Shown here piece after piece: positions 45,643 through 56,132 of a stretch of DNA of 64,000 bases. A program made the position numbers and the translations under genes. The notes beneath the pieces were generated by a model, which saw nothing but the letters and a program-made list of their open reading frames with translations, had not been told where the DNA came from and made no database searches. The stretch is from the sequence record PX915676.1; one strand, given 5' to 3'. Source of the DNA: a phage. Every line of letters starts with the position of its first letter. Positions within the stretch are counted from its first letter, which is position 1.

Positions 45643-46611
45643 TTACCAACTCCCTATCCTGATTCTCAGAGCACCGCTTCCATCGTAGAAGTCTATTCTG
45701 TTACCATTCATCCACAATTGTGCCCCACCTGTGCCACCCATAACAAAGTCCCCACCAACAGTAAGTCTCCAGTTAGAACCCCACATAGAGCCAGCAGTAA
45801 TCTTATCCGCTGACAAGTTCTGAATCTGAGCATTGGAGATAGATACGTTATCAATCTGTGCCCATTGGATCCTAGCGTTGGCAATCTGAGCTGTTGTGAT
45901 GTTGACGTTCTTTATGTCAGCGAACTCCATCCTAGCCCTACCACCCTCAAACACAAAAGGTGTGTTACCAGAGCTGCCATCACCAACAATAAACTTGTTA
46001 GCTGTTACTTGGAATTGACTGTTTGTTCCGTTGTTAGTTAACTTGACCCCAGCATATCTTCCGTTTACTGTAGAGTTAATACCCCACGTAGCTTCATATT
46101 CAGAGAGCTTCATATACTGAGATAGGCTTCCATTAATATTTTGAATCTCTGTCTGAACCAAAGCAATCTCTTGACCTTGGTCGTTGACGATACCTTCTAC
46201 AGTTTGAATCTTGGTTGTGTTACCTTCAATACTTGTTTTAAAGCCAGATACAGTGCTTTCTAATTTTACAGGAGGTTGAACAGAATTATCCCAAATATCT
46301 TCAGTGGAGAGGTTCCCCATCTGTGTTTGGATATCGGCAATAGCTGTCTCTATCTCTGTAGTAATTCTATTCTCAAGCTCATCGAATTGTAGATTCATTG
46401 CATTAAGAGCTTTAATACGAACATCAATCTCTTCGTGAATTTCATCTATAGCTTGGAACATTTGGTTAGTAGCTGTGCTAACTTTTTGTAATTCATCATA
46501 CACGGCTACGTTATATGTTTCTGTGTCCTGTACATTATTGAGAAACCCAACGTTGTACGGGAGTGTGGTGTTATTGCGACCAGTGTTCTTACGAAAACCA
46601 CCTGCACCCAT
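45643..46611 (-). CDS. tail fibre-like protein
   Basis: Start taken at ATG after GGAGG SD (track start 46677 is TTG inside the upstream gene end); central coiled-coil-like region. Confidence 0.45.
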   Translation of the reverse strand: MGAGGFRKNTGRNNTTLPYNVGFLNNVQDTETYNVAVYDELQKVSTATNQMFQAIDEIHEEIDVRIKALNAMNLQFDELENRITTEIETAIADIQTQMGNLSTEDIWDNSVQPPVKLESTVSGFKTSIEGNTTKIQTVEGIVNDQGQEIALVQTEIQNINGSLSQYMKLSEYEATWGINSTVNGRYAGVKLTNNGTNSQFQVTANKFIVGDGSSGNTPFVFEGGRARMEFADIKNVNITTAQIANARIQWAQIDNVSISNAQIQNLSADKITAGSMWGSNWRLTVGGDFVMGGTGGAQLWMNGNRIDFYDGSGALRIRIGSW

Positions 46612-46620
46612 AAGTTCCTC

Positions 46621-46650
46621 CAAAACAATAAAAGGGGCACGAAGCCCCTT
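46621..46650 (-). terminator. terminator-like hairpin inside structural block (minus strand)
   Basis: Minus-strand GGGGC-TTCGT-GCCCC then TTTTATTGTTTTGG, between the stop at 46655 and the next RBS. Confidence 0.45.
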
Positions 46651-46654
46651 GTTG

Positions 46655-49600
46655 TTATCTCCGCCCGCCAACAGCAAACTCTATCGTTAAACCATTGATA
46701 GCAGCATTACTGTTAACATCATTATCTATAACATTATAGAAAAGGTATGGATGGTTCAGTCTCACAGAGACATGCCTGTCAACACCGATCGTGTATGTCT
46801 TAGATGTGTGTGGGTGTCCATATTCATTTGAGAATTGACTACCACCAGCTTCAAATATGTAAGTACCTGAACCAGTTGTCTGAGGTCGGAACCTGTTAAT
46901 ATGCTTCTGATTCCACTCATTTGTCACATTATCAAAATCTATACCAGTCCTCTCTAACCTCATTTCCAGAGGCTTCTCTATAATAACATCGTTTAGCCTG
47001 TCATAGAAATAGTCAAGAGCACCTACATCCACCTGATAGAATCCCCTCAAGAACGAACCTACTATAGTAACCCTCTGTCTGAAGTTTGTTGCATCCTTTC
47101 TCCAAACAAGTTCTTTAATAGATGGGTCATCCCAAGTGATTTCTTGGAAGTCAGACCAGATTGGACCTCTTTCTAAAACAGGAGGATCAACAAGACCAAT
47201 ACACTGAGCATATGGTATAGTACGGAAAGACCAAGTATCAAACTCGTAGTTCCATACAGCAGCTTTAGTACAAGCGAAGCTTTCTTTTGGTTCTCCCGGA
47301 CCTACGTACAGAACCCAAACTTCTTTCTTATCCTGATGCAAGTGTACTCGAGTTGCTAGAGGGTTAACCAGACACACCTCGTTAATCAACATGTTCTTGA
47401 CACGGTTAGATGCAATTGACTTCTTGGTTGCACCATTGTGTAAGATTACATCGTTCTGAGTAACTACGAAGTGACTACCTTCTACTTCAACCACACACTC
47501 AGGAGCAAGGATACCAGAGTCATTAAAGAGCTTCTTGAACATTAGAGGTTGGTACGTGTTATTAGTCGGAGAACCAATATACGTTTCAAACTCTGTGTAA
47601 ACGAACAAGTAATCTTTAAGAGGTAGGATATCAATCAAGCTACCATTAGAGTCAGCTAAATCAATGTAACCAGCATATCCATTCTCTAGAGCCTGAGTCT
47701 GCCCTACAATGTTAGAAGCTAAGTCCGAAGACACAACTCGATCATAGGCAAAGTCATCCCACAGCGTAGGAGCCTTGTTCTCATTGGCAAAGTTAGACCA
47801 ACGAAGACGAAGCGGATAGTTAGTGGTAACACCAGAAGCATTAGCTTCTCTCATATTCAGAGCAAAAAGACGGTTGTTAAAAGATCTTACTCTTTCACAT
47901 TTCCAGTTAAACTTCTTGACTGAAGGGTTTCCATCGTTATCAACAACTGTTTGCTCACCCCACCCCGGAAGGTCTACAAAGTATTCTGATTCGAATTCTT
48001 TTACCTGAGGAGTTTCATAGTGAGTTGTAGCAACTGCACAGTTAGAGATAACAGCGTGATACCAAGGATAGTCATCAAAAGCATCGTAGTCCTTCTGAGT
48101 CATCTGACTGACAGTACATGTTACGTTAATCTCTCCTTTACGAAGAGCAACCAGTTTGATAGATTTACCAGTAACTGAGGTTGTAGAAACATAACCAGTT
48201 TTATCAACAGACCACTGATAAGAGTACTCACCTTCTGGAGAAGCTGTGGCTGTAATGACAATCTCTTCACCAACATCAAGAGAAGCACTGACAATATCTA
48301 AGGTTACAGACGACAAAGGGGTTGCCAGTAAAGAAGCTCTTGCAAAACCTTCAATATCATTCACGTTAGAGTAGTCGTAGAAGTTGTTACCTTCATACAT
48401 CCCTGACGTATCAATACCGGATGTAGGCTCAGCAAAATAAATTGTCTCTTCACTTTCAGGAGGAGTTACTACTTCTTCCTCTTGAGTTTCTACTGACGCT
48501 GACACAGGAGCGGCAAATGCCATAGCACTTGTCATCATTGTCCTTCCAGCTAAATCCACACGTACAGTACAGACAGCAACTCTGTTACCTTCTTCAGTGG
48601 TAGCTGTAATCTCAGTAAAACCAGCAAGTAGAGCGTTGATCGTCCCTTGTGTGCTAGTCCCTGATACTGTTGCAATATTTGGATTAGAAGAGGTCCAAGT
48701 AATATTTTGATTAGGGGCGTTAGCAGGAGAAAGGGTAGCAGTTAAGATATACTGAGAACCTCTACTCACAGTAACATCTGACTGGCTTAAAGAGATACTA
48801 TCAATCTGAGGGATAGAAACAATCTCACAAGAAGCAGTCTTAGTCCCGTTATCAGCAGTGATTGTTACATTACCTTCTCCATTCGCTGTAATGACAGCAG
48901 TTAAAGAGTTGGCGTTAGGGGTTACGGATACAATAGAAGCATTATTGCTTGACCAAGTTACAGGGGTCTTGCCAGTAACAGCCGTGAGAGTAGTAGTCCC
49001 CCCTTTACGAATTGTAACAGTGTCTTGACTCAAGAAGATGCCTGAATCACCGTCGATAATATTAACAGCAATCTGAGCCACCACGGATTCATTGGCAGTA
49101 GAGATAGTTACTACAAGATTACCCTCTTTCTCAAAAGATGTTAGAGTAGCAAGTTTAGAGTCACTAGGGTCTACCGTAATACTTCCATAGGATGAGTTAC
49201 TAACCTCCCAAATAAGATCAGTATTGTTAGCATCAGCAGGGAGAAGAGAAACCTCTAGATTCTTGGTCTGATTGAAGTTCATTGAGATAGTTGATTCTTT
49301 AGGAACGATCTGAGAAACAACTGGATAAATCTTAATTGAGGCAGAAGCCTTCTTAGTGACTGTAGCAACCTTACGGCTAATATCAGTCAAGCTTTCATCT
49401 GTCAGTTTGTATAACTTCTTATCCGTACCTACAACAAGAAAGCTATTACCTGCGCTATAATAATCGAAAGGCATAGAAACGAAAGACAGAGGGGTTAAAT
49501 CCTTATCTTCATCTACATAAGAAAGAGGGGCATTGCCCCCCGTCTTAAATACTCTCTGCTCAACAAATCGAGCATTTATAGCATTAGTGAAAGCATTAGG

Positions 49601-49672
49601 AGCTAAGTCTGTCGGAGCCTGATCAGCGATAACGCCTACAGCACCTAATGACTTTATTGGATACAGCGCCAT
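46655..49672 (-). CDS. large virion protein with bacterial Ig-like (Big_2-type) domains
   Basis: 1005 aa; segments such as VSRGSQYILTATLSPANAPNQNITWTSSNPNIATV...VCTVRV. Confidence 0.55.
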   Translation of the reverse strand: MALYPIKSLGAVGVIADQAPTDLAPNAFTNAINARFVEQRVFKTGGNAPLSYVDEDKDLTPLSFVSMPFDYYSAGNSFLVVGTDKKLYKLTDESLTDISRKVATVTKKASASIKIYPVVSQIVPKESTISMNFNQTKNLEVSLLPADANNTDLIWEVSNSSYGSITVDPSDSKLATLTSFEKEGNLVVTISTANESVVAQIAVNIIDGDSGIFLSQDTVTIRKGGTTTLTAVTGKTPVTWSSNNASIVSVTPNANSLTAVITANGEGNVTITADNGTKTASCEIVSIPQIDSISLSQSDVTVSRGSQYILTATLSPANAPNQNITWTSSNPNIATVSGTSTQGTINALLAGFTEITATTEEGNRVAVCTVRVDLAGRTMMTSAMAFAAPVSASVETQEEEVVTPPESEETIYFAEPTSGIDTSGMYEGNNFYDYSNVNDIEGFARASLLATPLSSVTLDIVSASLDVGEEIVITATASPEGEYSYQWSVDKTGYVSTTSVTGKSIKLVALRKGEINVTCTVSQMTQKDYDAFDDYPWYHAVISNCAVATTHYETPQVKEFESEYFVDLPGWGEQTVVDNDGNPSVKKFNWKCERVRSFNNRLFALNMREANASGVTTNYPLRLRWSNFANENKAPTLWDDFAYDRVVSSDLASNIVGQTQALENGYAGYIDLADSNGSLIDILPLKDYLFVYTEFETYIGSPTNNTYQPLMFKKLFNDSGILAPECVVEVEGSHFVVTQNDVILHNGATKKSIASNRVKNMLINEVCLVNPLATRVHLHQDKKEVWVLYVGPGEPKESFACTKAAVWNYEFDTWSFRTIPYAQCIGLVDPPVLERGPIWSDFQEITWDDPSIKELVWRKDATNFRQRVTIVGSFLRGFYQVDVGALDYFYDRLNDVIIEKPLEMRLERTGIDFDNVTNEWNQKHINRFRPQTTGSGTYIFEAGGSQFSNEYGHPHTSKTYTIGVDRHVSVRLNHPYLFYNVIDNDVNSNAAINGLTIEFAVGGRR

Positions 49673-49681
49673 AATTCCTCC

Positions 49682-50485
49682 TTAGCTAATACGTCTCCAA
49701 ATGTGAGCTGCTCTGAATGGTGGCAAAGTGTTAATAGGTTGACGAGAAATATCATCACGACCAAGACTTACACTACCAGAGATTGTATGAGTATGTGTGT
49801 CATTATCAGTTCTCTGGCTGTAACCACCACCCGGACTATACCAGTTTGGCGAGCTGTTATGACCACTAGCATCTCCACGACCAAATACCATGTTGTGACT
49901 GTGAGTATTACTGGATAGAGAGAAGCTGGAGCCATTAACTGTCATCAAAGGTACGTTCTCAGTTCGAATAGTATTGAAGACACGACCACCAGTACCACCT
50001 GCTTGGAACTCAACTCTTTGAGCGTTAGGAACAGAACCATCAGGGTTTACTACACCAGTACCCATGATAACACCAGTCACTTTAGCCCAAGAGCCAAACC
50101 CTAAGGAGATTGAATCACCGGGGTTAATATCTTCTTCAGTGATGTAGTAAGAACCAATTCGATAGAGCTTATTCTCCATCCAGTTCTTCATGAACGCTTC
50201 CATCTGACCTTTAGTAACAACATCCTTGTCACCAGTTCCCGGAGTAACGTTCTTGATCATAAGACCACCAACATCCATTGCATCACCAGTAAACTTGAGC
50301 TTCTCTGACATAATCTTAAAGGTGTCAGAATCTATATCAACTGGCTCTGTAACATTGGGGAATGTGTTCTGTAACGTTTGTTTAATGAGGCGGATTTGAG
50401 CCGCCCCTTCGTAGATATAATCCCTGTCTCTAGGATAGAGTGGGTTTAAGTCGGTAATAACTACCGCATTAGTTTCGATAGCCAA
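49682..50485 (-). CDS. tail-associated protein
   Basis: 267 aa; Gly/Ser/Thr-rich C-terminal half; position between endolysin and tail genes. Confidence 0.4.
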   Translation of the reverse strand: MAIETNAVVITDLNPLYPRDRDYIYEGAAQIRLIKQTLQNTFPNVTEPVDIDSDTFKIMSEKLKFTGDAMDVGGLMIKNVTPGTGDKDVVTKGQMEAFMKNWMENKLYRIGSYYITEEDINPGDSISLGFGSWAKVTGVIMGTGVVNPDGSVPNAQRVEFQAGGTGGRVFNTIRTENVPLMTVNGSSFSLSSNTHSHNMVFGRGDASGHNSSPNWYSPGGGYSQRTDNDTHTHTISGSVSLGRDDISRQPINTLPPFRAAHIWRRIS

Positions 50486-50497
50486 AAGGCACCTCCA

Positions 50498-50989
50498 TTA
50501 ATATTTACCTTCGGTGTAAAGATCAGCTTCTGCAACCCTTCTGTTATGAAGACCCTGACTTCTCTGCTTCTCTCCCCTTACCGTTATTTTATCCCAACGA
50601 AGAAATTCGGAATAAACATCCCCTTTAACCTCTCCATTGATAACCTTCCTTAACTTAGATGTGCTCAAAGCCCCACTGCCAACATTGAAGTTGAAAGAAG
50701 TGAGTGCATCAAACTCATGAACTAGTAAAGGAACCTTTATATTCTTCTGAGTAGCACGAACAGAGTCTTGTGTGTCTCTATCTAGCAGAGCTAGACAATC
50801 CTCTATAGAATACGTTAATCCTTGTCTAACCGGATAACCATTCATATCGCGCGTAGCCCCTACACATATCGTCCAGATACCTGCGGAATCTTTATAAGCC
50901 TTTGTTCTCATACCCTCATGCTTCATGATGAATTCCATTCCAGCTGGGCTTAAGTTTAGTTGTACAGGTGGCAATGCGACGTTATCCAT
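50498..50989 (-). CDS. endolysin, GH24 lysozyme (T4 E / lambda R type)
   Basis: HEGMRTKAYKDSAGIWTICVGAT catalytic region and C-terminal FNVGSGAL...GLHNRRVAE block. Confidence 0.8.
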   Translation of the reverse strand: MDNVALPPVQLNLSPAGMEFIMKHEGMRTKAYKDSAGIWTICVGATRDMNGYPVRQGLTYSIEDCLALLDRDTQDSVRATQKNIKVPLLVHEFDALTSFNFNVGSGALSTSKLRKVINGEVKGDVYSEFLRWDKITVRGEKQRSQGLHNRRVAEADLYTEGKY

Positions 50990-51018
50990 TTCTAACCTCC
51001 TTTTGTAGTCCCTTTAAA

Positions 51019-51237
51019 TTAAGGTAGTATCTTTCTCAGAGCGTTAGATTCAGCATCAGGACAAATAACAACTAGGTTATTTTGAATTGTTCTCTGCTTA
51101 CATTGAGAGCTAAGTTTCTCTACTGGAGCAGGGACAGTTACTAATGGATGAACTGCGCTTACAGGAACTGCGGTTGATACCACAACGCCCGCACCTAAAC
51201 AGATTAAACCATATGCAGCTTGTTTCATCATTTTCAT
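51019..51237 (-). CDS. small exported/membrane protein adjacent to endolysin
   Basis: 72 aa; N-terminal hydrophobic segment AAYGLICLGAGVVVSTAV. Confidence 0.35.
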   Translation of the reverse strand: MKMMKQAAYGLICLGAGVVVSTAVPVSAVHPLVTVPAPVEKLSSQCKQRTIQNNLVVICPDAESNALRKILP

Positions 51238-51301
51238 TTGAGTGTCTCCTATAAATTAACCTCTTGGGATATATTAGTTTCATTACCTATTCACTAGTTT
51301 A

Positions 51302-51326
51302 ACTTCTAAAAGCCCCCGAAGGGGCA
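51302..51326 (-). terminator. rho-independent terminator (minus strand)
   Basis: Minus-strand GCCCC-TTCG-GGGGC followed by TTTTAGAAGTT. Confidence 0.5.
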
Positions 51327-51331
51327 ATCCT

Positions 51332-53524
51332 TTACTTAGCAGCCAGTTGAGCTTCTAACTCTTCTACACGCTTCAGCAAATTCTGAACAACCTGCATAGT
51401 GTCAAGTAGCATAGGAGTTGTGTCTAACTCTTTCTGCTCTTTCATAGAATCGCCGTTTCCAGTTCCGGGATACTTACGAGTCTTGACATACAGAGGTTCT
51501 ACCGTCTCTGCCTGCTGTGCAATGATACCACGACGAGATCGATTCTTCTCATCATCGTTGTAAACAAAGGATTTGAACTTCAGTCCTTTTATTACTTCAA
51601 TAGCTCTTTCTGCATCAATATCAACAATGTTATGTTTCAGGTTTTCATCCGAGACACCACTCTTTGTATAGCTAAAGTTTCCATAATCAGTTGAGCCATA
51701 CATCTGCCCGTCTATGTCGTAAAAATATCGACAGAACCTTCCGTTGTCTCCTCCAATAGTTGTACAGGCGATACCGAAGGCGTCATTTCCCGGCAAATAC
51801 ATATGATACCCAACCTTGGTTGGATAACCATTAGGTTTAGATCCTCCAATAGAATACCCACGCACCACTGTGTCAGAGCCACTAGAAATCGCCACCCTGT
51901 CCATTCCATCGGTGGTTAAATTGTTTGGCCCCGCATCCGTCAGTCCAGACCAAATTCCAGTTGGTGTGTACATGCGGAATGGGTTTGTCTTACCAGACTG
52001 CCTAAAATCAACAGTGCCATCCTCATAAAACTTATAAGCGTGAGTACTTGCACCTTGTGCTTCAATCACGGCAGAACAAACACTCCCCCAAGAAGAGGAA
52101 ATATACATACGAGCATATTGAGAGGAGGTTGGGTTAGTATATTTAGATTCTACCTTACCACCAACCACAGAAGTATTTAGAGCCGGAGCTGCGCTATCAC
52201 TATTAATGACACTCCAAGAAGTGTTAGCAGCGACAAACCCACCATGAGCACGAATAGTCCAAACACCAACAAAGTTACGACCCATAATCTCATCAGAACT
52301 TGCACCATAAATAGCATTAGATCTAGAAGCATCAATATTCAACGTGTTGAAACGACCTTCAATAGTTATCTGGTTATCGGGAATAGAATCACCTCTGCCA
52401 TCAGGGAAGAGGTTGTTGTTAGTTACAAAAGCACCGGTAGTAACGCCAAAAGTTTGAGCATAGCTACTGCCAGAGTAACCTGCTACAGCACCTGTTATGT
52501 TTGGAGCAGCTGATTCAAAAATATCCCCATTAGCAGAAGAAGAACCACCATCACCTCTACCATATAAAGCCCGAACAGACCCTTCCTGAATACCATTCCT
52601 ATCCGGAACACGAAATGTAGTAGAACCATCACCAGTAGAGTATCTACCACGCTTAAATTTATCAGATAGCCACAAAGAGTCTTCAATAGGAGACAATAGT
52701 TGAGCGTAAGCCCACAAGTCTGGGTAATCAGCACGATTTAGAAGCTGACCATCAGAAAATATTTCAAAAGCTGGAATGAAAGCTCGACTGTCTCGGAGGT
52801 GGAAATCACCAATACCGAAGTTAGAGATACCGCTCATTGTAGGACCACCAGAGCCACCACCACTGTTACGAAGTTGTCTCAAAGTGACGGCATCATAATC
52901 ACCAACCGCATCAGGAACAGTTACTGGTTGAGTGAAAGTAACTTTCTGTGTGAGCTGTTTGATATCAGAGTTAATCCCTGTACGAGTAACACCAACAGTC
53001 CGACCCTTGGAGTCTTTAACATAAGAGCCAATAGCAGCAAAAGGTAGGTCATCAATCTCAGGACGATAGCGTTTAGAATAAACAGGGTACTTAGTTTCTA
53101 CCCCAGAGTCATTCTGGTCAACAACCTGAAGACGACCAGCAGAATGAATCTCTACACCTTGAACTGAAGAGGCATAACTACCAATCTTGATTGAGTTATC
53201 AGTAGTAACTTTCATCATATCAACTGATTCTACACCATTAGCTCCAGTAGAACGGAATGGGGTGTCATTAACAACCCAAGGGTCTTCTCGGAACAGAGCA
53301 CCAGACATGATAGGTTGAATCGAATCCAGCACAAAATCTTTAGACGCGCCCTCTGTTTTAGTTTGATAGGTAGCAGCTGCGTCGGTTTTCTGTAAATATT
53401 TTCCGGTGAGGTTAATAGCTCCAGCCTGTCCATCTACAGTAGAAACCCCAACAACAGCCGCGTCTCTGGTTACAACCACATGAGGCATCATTATACCAGA
53501 TTTGGGCATTAATTCTCTAGACAT
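51332..53524 (-). CDS. tail fibre/spike with C-terminal S74-type intramolecular chaperone domain
   Basis: C-terminal DENLKHNIVDIDAERAIEVIKGLKFKSF...RRGIIAQQAE...LEAQLAAK; AAGGAG SD. Confidence 0.6.
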   Translation of the reverse strand: MSRELMPKSGIMMPHVVVTRDAAVVGVSTVDGQAGAINLTGKYLQKTDAAATYQTKTEGASKDFVLDSIQPIMSGALFREDPWVVNDTPFRSTGANGVESVDMMKVTTDNSIKIGSYASSVQGVEIHSAGRLQVVDQNDSGVETKYPVYSKRYRPEIDDLPFAAIGSYVKDSKGRTVGVTRTGINSDIKQLTQKVTFTQPVTVPDAVGDYDAVTLRQLRNSGGGSGGPTMSGISNFGIGDFHLRDSRAFIPAFEIFSDGQLLNRADYPDLWAYAQLLSPIEDSLWLSDKFKRGRYSTGDGSTTFRVPDRNGIQEGSVRALYGRGDGGSSSANGDIFESAAPNITGAVAGYSGSSYAQTFGVTTGAFVTNNNLFPDGRGDSIPDNQITIEGRFNTLNIDASRSNAIYGASSDEIMGRNFVGVWTIRAHGGFVAANTSWSVINSDSAAPALNTSVVGGKVESKYTNPTSSQYARMYISSSWGSVCSAVIEAQGASTHAYKFYEDGTVDFRQSGKTNPFRMYTPTGIWSGLTDAGPNNLTTDGMDRVAISSGSDTVVRGYSIGGSKPNGYPTKVGYHMYLPGNDAFGIACTTIGGDNGRFCRYFYDIDGQMYGSTDYGNFSYTKSGVSDENLKHNIVDIDAERAIEVIKGLKFKSFVYNDDEKNRSRRGIIAQQAETVEPLYVKTRKYPGTGNGDSMKEQKELDTTPMLLDTMQVVQNLLKRVEELEAQLAAK

Positions 53525-53564
53525 TTAAATCTCCTTAAAGCTCCCCGAAGGGAGCATTGTTAAA

Positions 53565-56123
53565 TTACTCAGAAGGCATTTCAACACGAACTGAAATAAA
53601 AGCATCACTCGGGATATCAATAGGATCGCCGTCAGAGAAACCTTCTATCTCATTTCTAGCAAAAACCGGAGAGGTTGGATGGGTTCTGTGATAGGTTTTA
53701 ACTAAAATAGAACCATCTTCTTTAATCTCATAGTCCAGCCAAATCCTAGGTTGTTTGTTGCGGTCAGTAGGAATTTCAAAGCCGCCGTCAATGCCTCCCC
53801 ATTTTGCATCTGCGTTTAAGCCAAGGCAACCGGTAATCAAGTACTCACCAACATTTTGCCGAATGACATTAACCCCCTCAGATTCCTCGTTCGTCTCATA
53901 TCGACCGTTGGAGTAAATATGAACTACCGGAGATGCCGCTTTGATAAATCCGTTTACATCAACAGTGGTGTTTTTGTTTGTAAGACAATGGACATATTTT
54001 GTTGTTCCGTCTGCAATCCTTATTGCGTAAGATATACGACCATATTGTGAGGCTTCTCCACCAGATCCTGCATATGACACACCGTGGGCAACCCAGAAGT
54101 TAGTGTCCTCTGGCTGCATATACCAGTAGCAGTTAAACATGTCTAAAGTAAACAGGCCGTTCCCGGAGGCATGTTGAACACGATCACCAATACCACCTAC
54201 GCCTGAATTTGCTGGGGTGTTACTTAGCGCTCCAATATTGAACCTTGCACCAGCAGCATCTCCAGCCCCTGTCCCACCACTAGCAATAGGTACATTATCC
54301 AGAGTAGAAACACTTCCCAACCCTAGATTAGAACGAGCACTAGCAGCATCTTTAGCTCCAGTGCCTCCTCTTTCAACACCTAGAGCCAAATCGCCAACTC
54401 TTCCAGGCGAGGTACTGTAACATCCCCACCCATTATTATCCACAAAGAGGTAGGTTTCTTTGTTAGGAGACAGTAATCTACTCTCCCCAGAGGCTTGATC
54501 AACTCTATCTATAGATAAATTGGAACGAGCAGCATCAACAGTAGTTGCTCCTGTACCACCATTAGCTATAGGAATTGTGTTGAGTGTAGCTATGGAGCTT
54601 AGACCTAGATTAGAACGAGCACTAGCAGCGTCTTTAGCTCCAGTGCCTCCTTGTGTGACAGACAGTGCTGTAGTGAGTCCCGTGAGGGATGTTATATCAG
54701 AGTTTGTACCAGAAGCGGCAGCACCTAAAATTGATCTGGAGATGTTCACATTACCAGTAATCTCATCAGGAGCTTGGTTATTTACAGTAACAACATAAGG
54801 TTTCTGAGCCTGTACAGACCCATTGTACTGAGAGTCTTTATCAGAATCTGGTGCTCTTATTGCCTCCCCTCCAGTCCAATCAGGAAGTCGAATGTTGATA
54901 AAATTAGTAGAATCTGCATCGGTAATACCATCTGCCAATTTACCCCAAGAGAAGTATTGTTTAGCCCCTGCTTGCCATTCAGTTTCAGAAACAACAGGAA
55001 GTTGTCCACTGACAAGGGATGGGCCTAAATCTGAAGCAGACTCTTTAGACACTAGACGACCATCGGCTGGAAGAACGCCCGGATAGGAGATATTCTTCGT
55101 TGGGTCATAAGGGAACATTACCATCTCACCAAGATATAGAGAAGGGTTTCCTGTTGGAATGGTAATGTCAATATTACCACTGGAGTCTGGAGAACGGAAG
55201 TTAACGGTAAGGATTCTACCTTCAGTCTTAACAGGAGTTAACGTCTTGTCAGCAGCAACAGTGTAAAACTCATACTTAGTAGCTTCCCAAACTAAGACTT
55301 TCTCTCCAACTTGACGATATTGAGCGTCAGCGTCAGCTTCTGCTTTTGATTGGTACGTCTTGGTAGTTTTATCAAACTTGTCATTAATCTCTTGACGACT
55401 ATACTGAGCAACGTTCAGAACATTTCCTAAACCTACCGTCTCTTTGTCGATTGTTAGAGCAACCTCCCCATCAAGAGCTGGACCGCCGTTAACAGAGACA
55501 GAACGAACAGATGGGATTAAGTTAGCAATGTTATCTAGAGTAGTTTTGTGAACAGTGTTGTCATCTTTGTCAACATAGAAACCCAAGTCACCTAACTCTG
55601 GAACACCAGTAGGAGCTGTGTCCAAATCCTTAACAGAACCATCCTTTCCGGGTTCGCCTTCTGGGATACCTAAAGAAATTACACCAGTGTTAGGGTTAAA
55701 AGAACCAGTAGCTGAGGTTCCCGGAGGAAGTGTGGTTACATCGACAGACATTCCTAACAGAACGTCAAGCTGATTTTGGACTTCAATAAGTTTCTGGTTA
55801 ATCAGAGCGACTGCGTTATTTGCATCAGAGACTGCTGCGTTAGTTTGAGCAATCAAGTTCATCAGACGAGCATCTTGATCTTTAAAGTCCTGCTTAAGAG
55901 CTTCGATATCCTGCTTCATCAGAACACCTTGCTGATACAAACGTTCTACTTCAGCGATCAGGTCATCAATTGTACCAAACTTAGACTCTGCTAACAGTGC
56001 CCAATATTTGGAGTCAGCTGCATATTCTGCTGCTTGCTTGTAAGCTCCAATAGAGCCTTCAGTAGCACCAAACTGCCCAACGTTATTCACTGCATCAGGT
56101 GCTTGGTTATTATAAACGATCAT
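53565..56123 (-). CDS. tail fibre protein with internal tandem repeats
   Basis: 852 aa; motif GGTGA-x-DAA-x-AR-x-N[LI] present four times. Confidence 0.6.
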   Translation of the reverse strand: MIVYNNQAPDAVNNVGQFGATEGSIGAYKQAAEYAADSKYWALLAESKFGTIDDLIAEVERLYQQGVLMKQDIEALKQDFKDQDARLMNLIAQTNAAVSDANNAVALINQKLIEVQNQLDVLLGMSVDVTTLPPGTSATGSFNPNTGVISLGIPEGEPGKDGSVKDLDTAPTGVPELGDLGFYVDKDDNTVHKTTLDNIANLIPSVRSVSVNGGPALDGEVALTIDKETVGLGNVLNVAQYSRQEINDKFDKTTKTYQSKAEADADAQYRQVGEKVLVWEATKYEFYTVAADKTLTPVKTEGRILTVNFRSPDSSGNIDITIPTGNPSLYLGEMVMFPYDPTKNISYPGVLPADGRLVSKESASDLGPSLVSGQLPVVSETEWQAGAKQYFSWGKLADGITDADSTNFINIRLPDWTGGEAIRAPDSDKDSQYNGSVQAQKPYVVTVNNQAPDEITGNVNISRSILGAAASGTNSDITSLTGLTTALSVTQGGTGAKDAASARSNLGLSSIATLNTIPIANGGTGATTVDAARSNLSIDRVDQASGESRLLSPNKETYLFVDNNGWGCYSTSPGRVGDLALGVERGGTGAKDAASARSNLGLGSVSTLDNVPIASGGTGAGDAAGARFNIGALSNTPANSGVGGIGDRVQHASGNGLFTLDMFNCYWYMQPEDTNFWVAHGVSYAGSGGEASQYGRISYAIRIADGTTKYVHCLTNKNTTVDVNGFIKAASPVVHIYSNGRYETNEESEGVNVIRQNVGEYLITGCLGLNADAKWGGIDGGFEIPTDRNKQPRIWLDYEIKEDGSILVKTYHRTHPTSPVFARNEIEGFSDGDPIDIPSDAFISVRVEMPSE
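54323..54650. repeat. 46-bp near-identical direct repeats inside tail fibre gene
   Basis: CTAGATTAGAACGAGCACTAGCAGC[A/G]TCTTTAGCTCCAGTGCCTCC at 54323-54368 and 54605-54650. Confidence 0.7.
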
Positions 56124-56132
56124 ATTATCTCC

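Noticed and set aside
54217-54798. Pro/Ala-rich plus-strand ORFs with repeated RLERALAASLAPVPP
   Set aside because: They are the antisense reading of the tail fibre tandem repeats, not independent genes.
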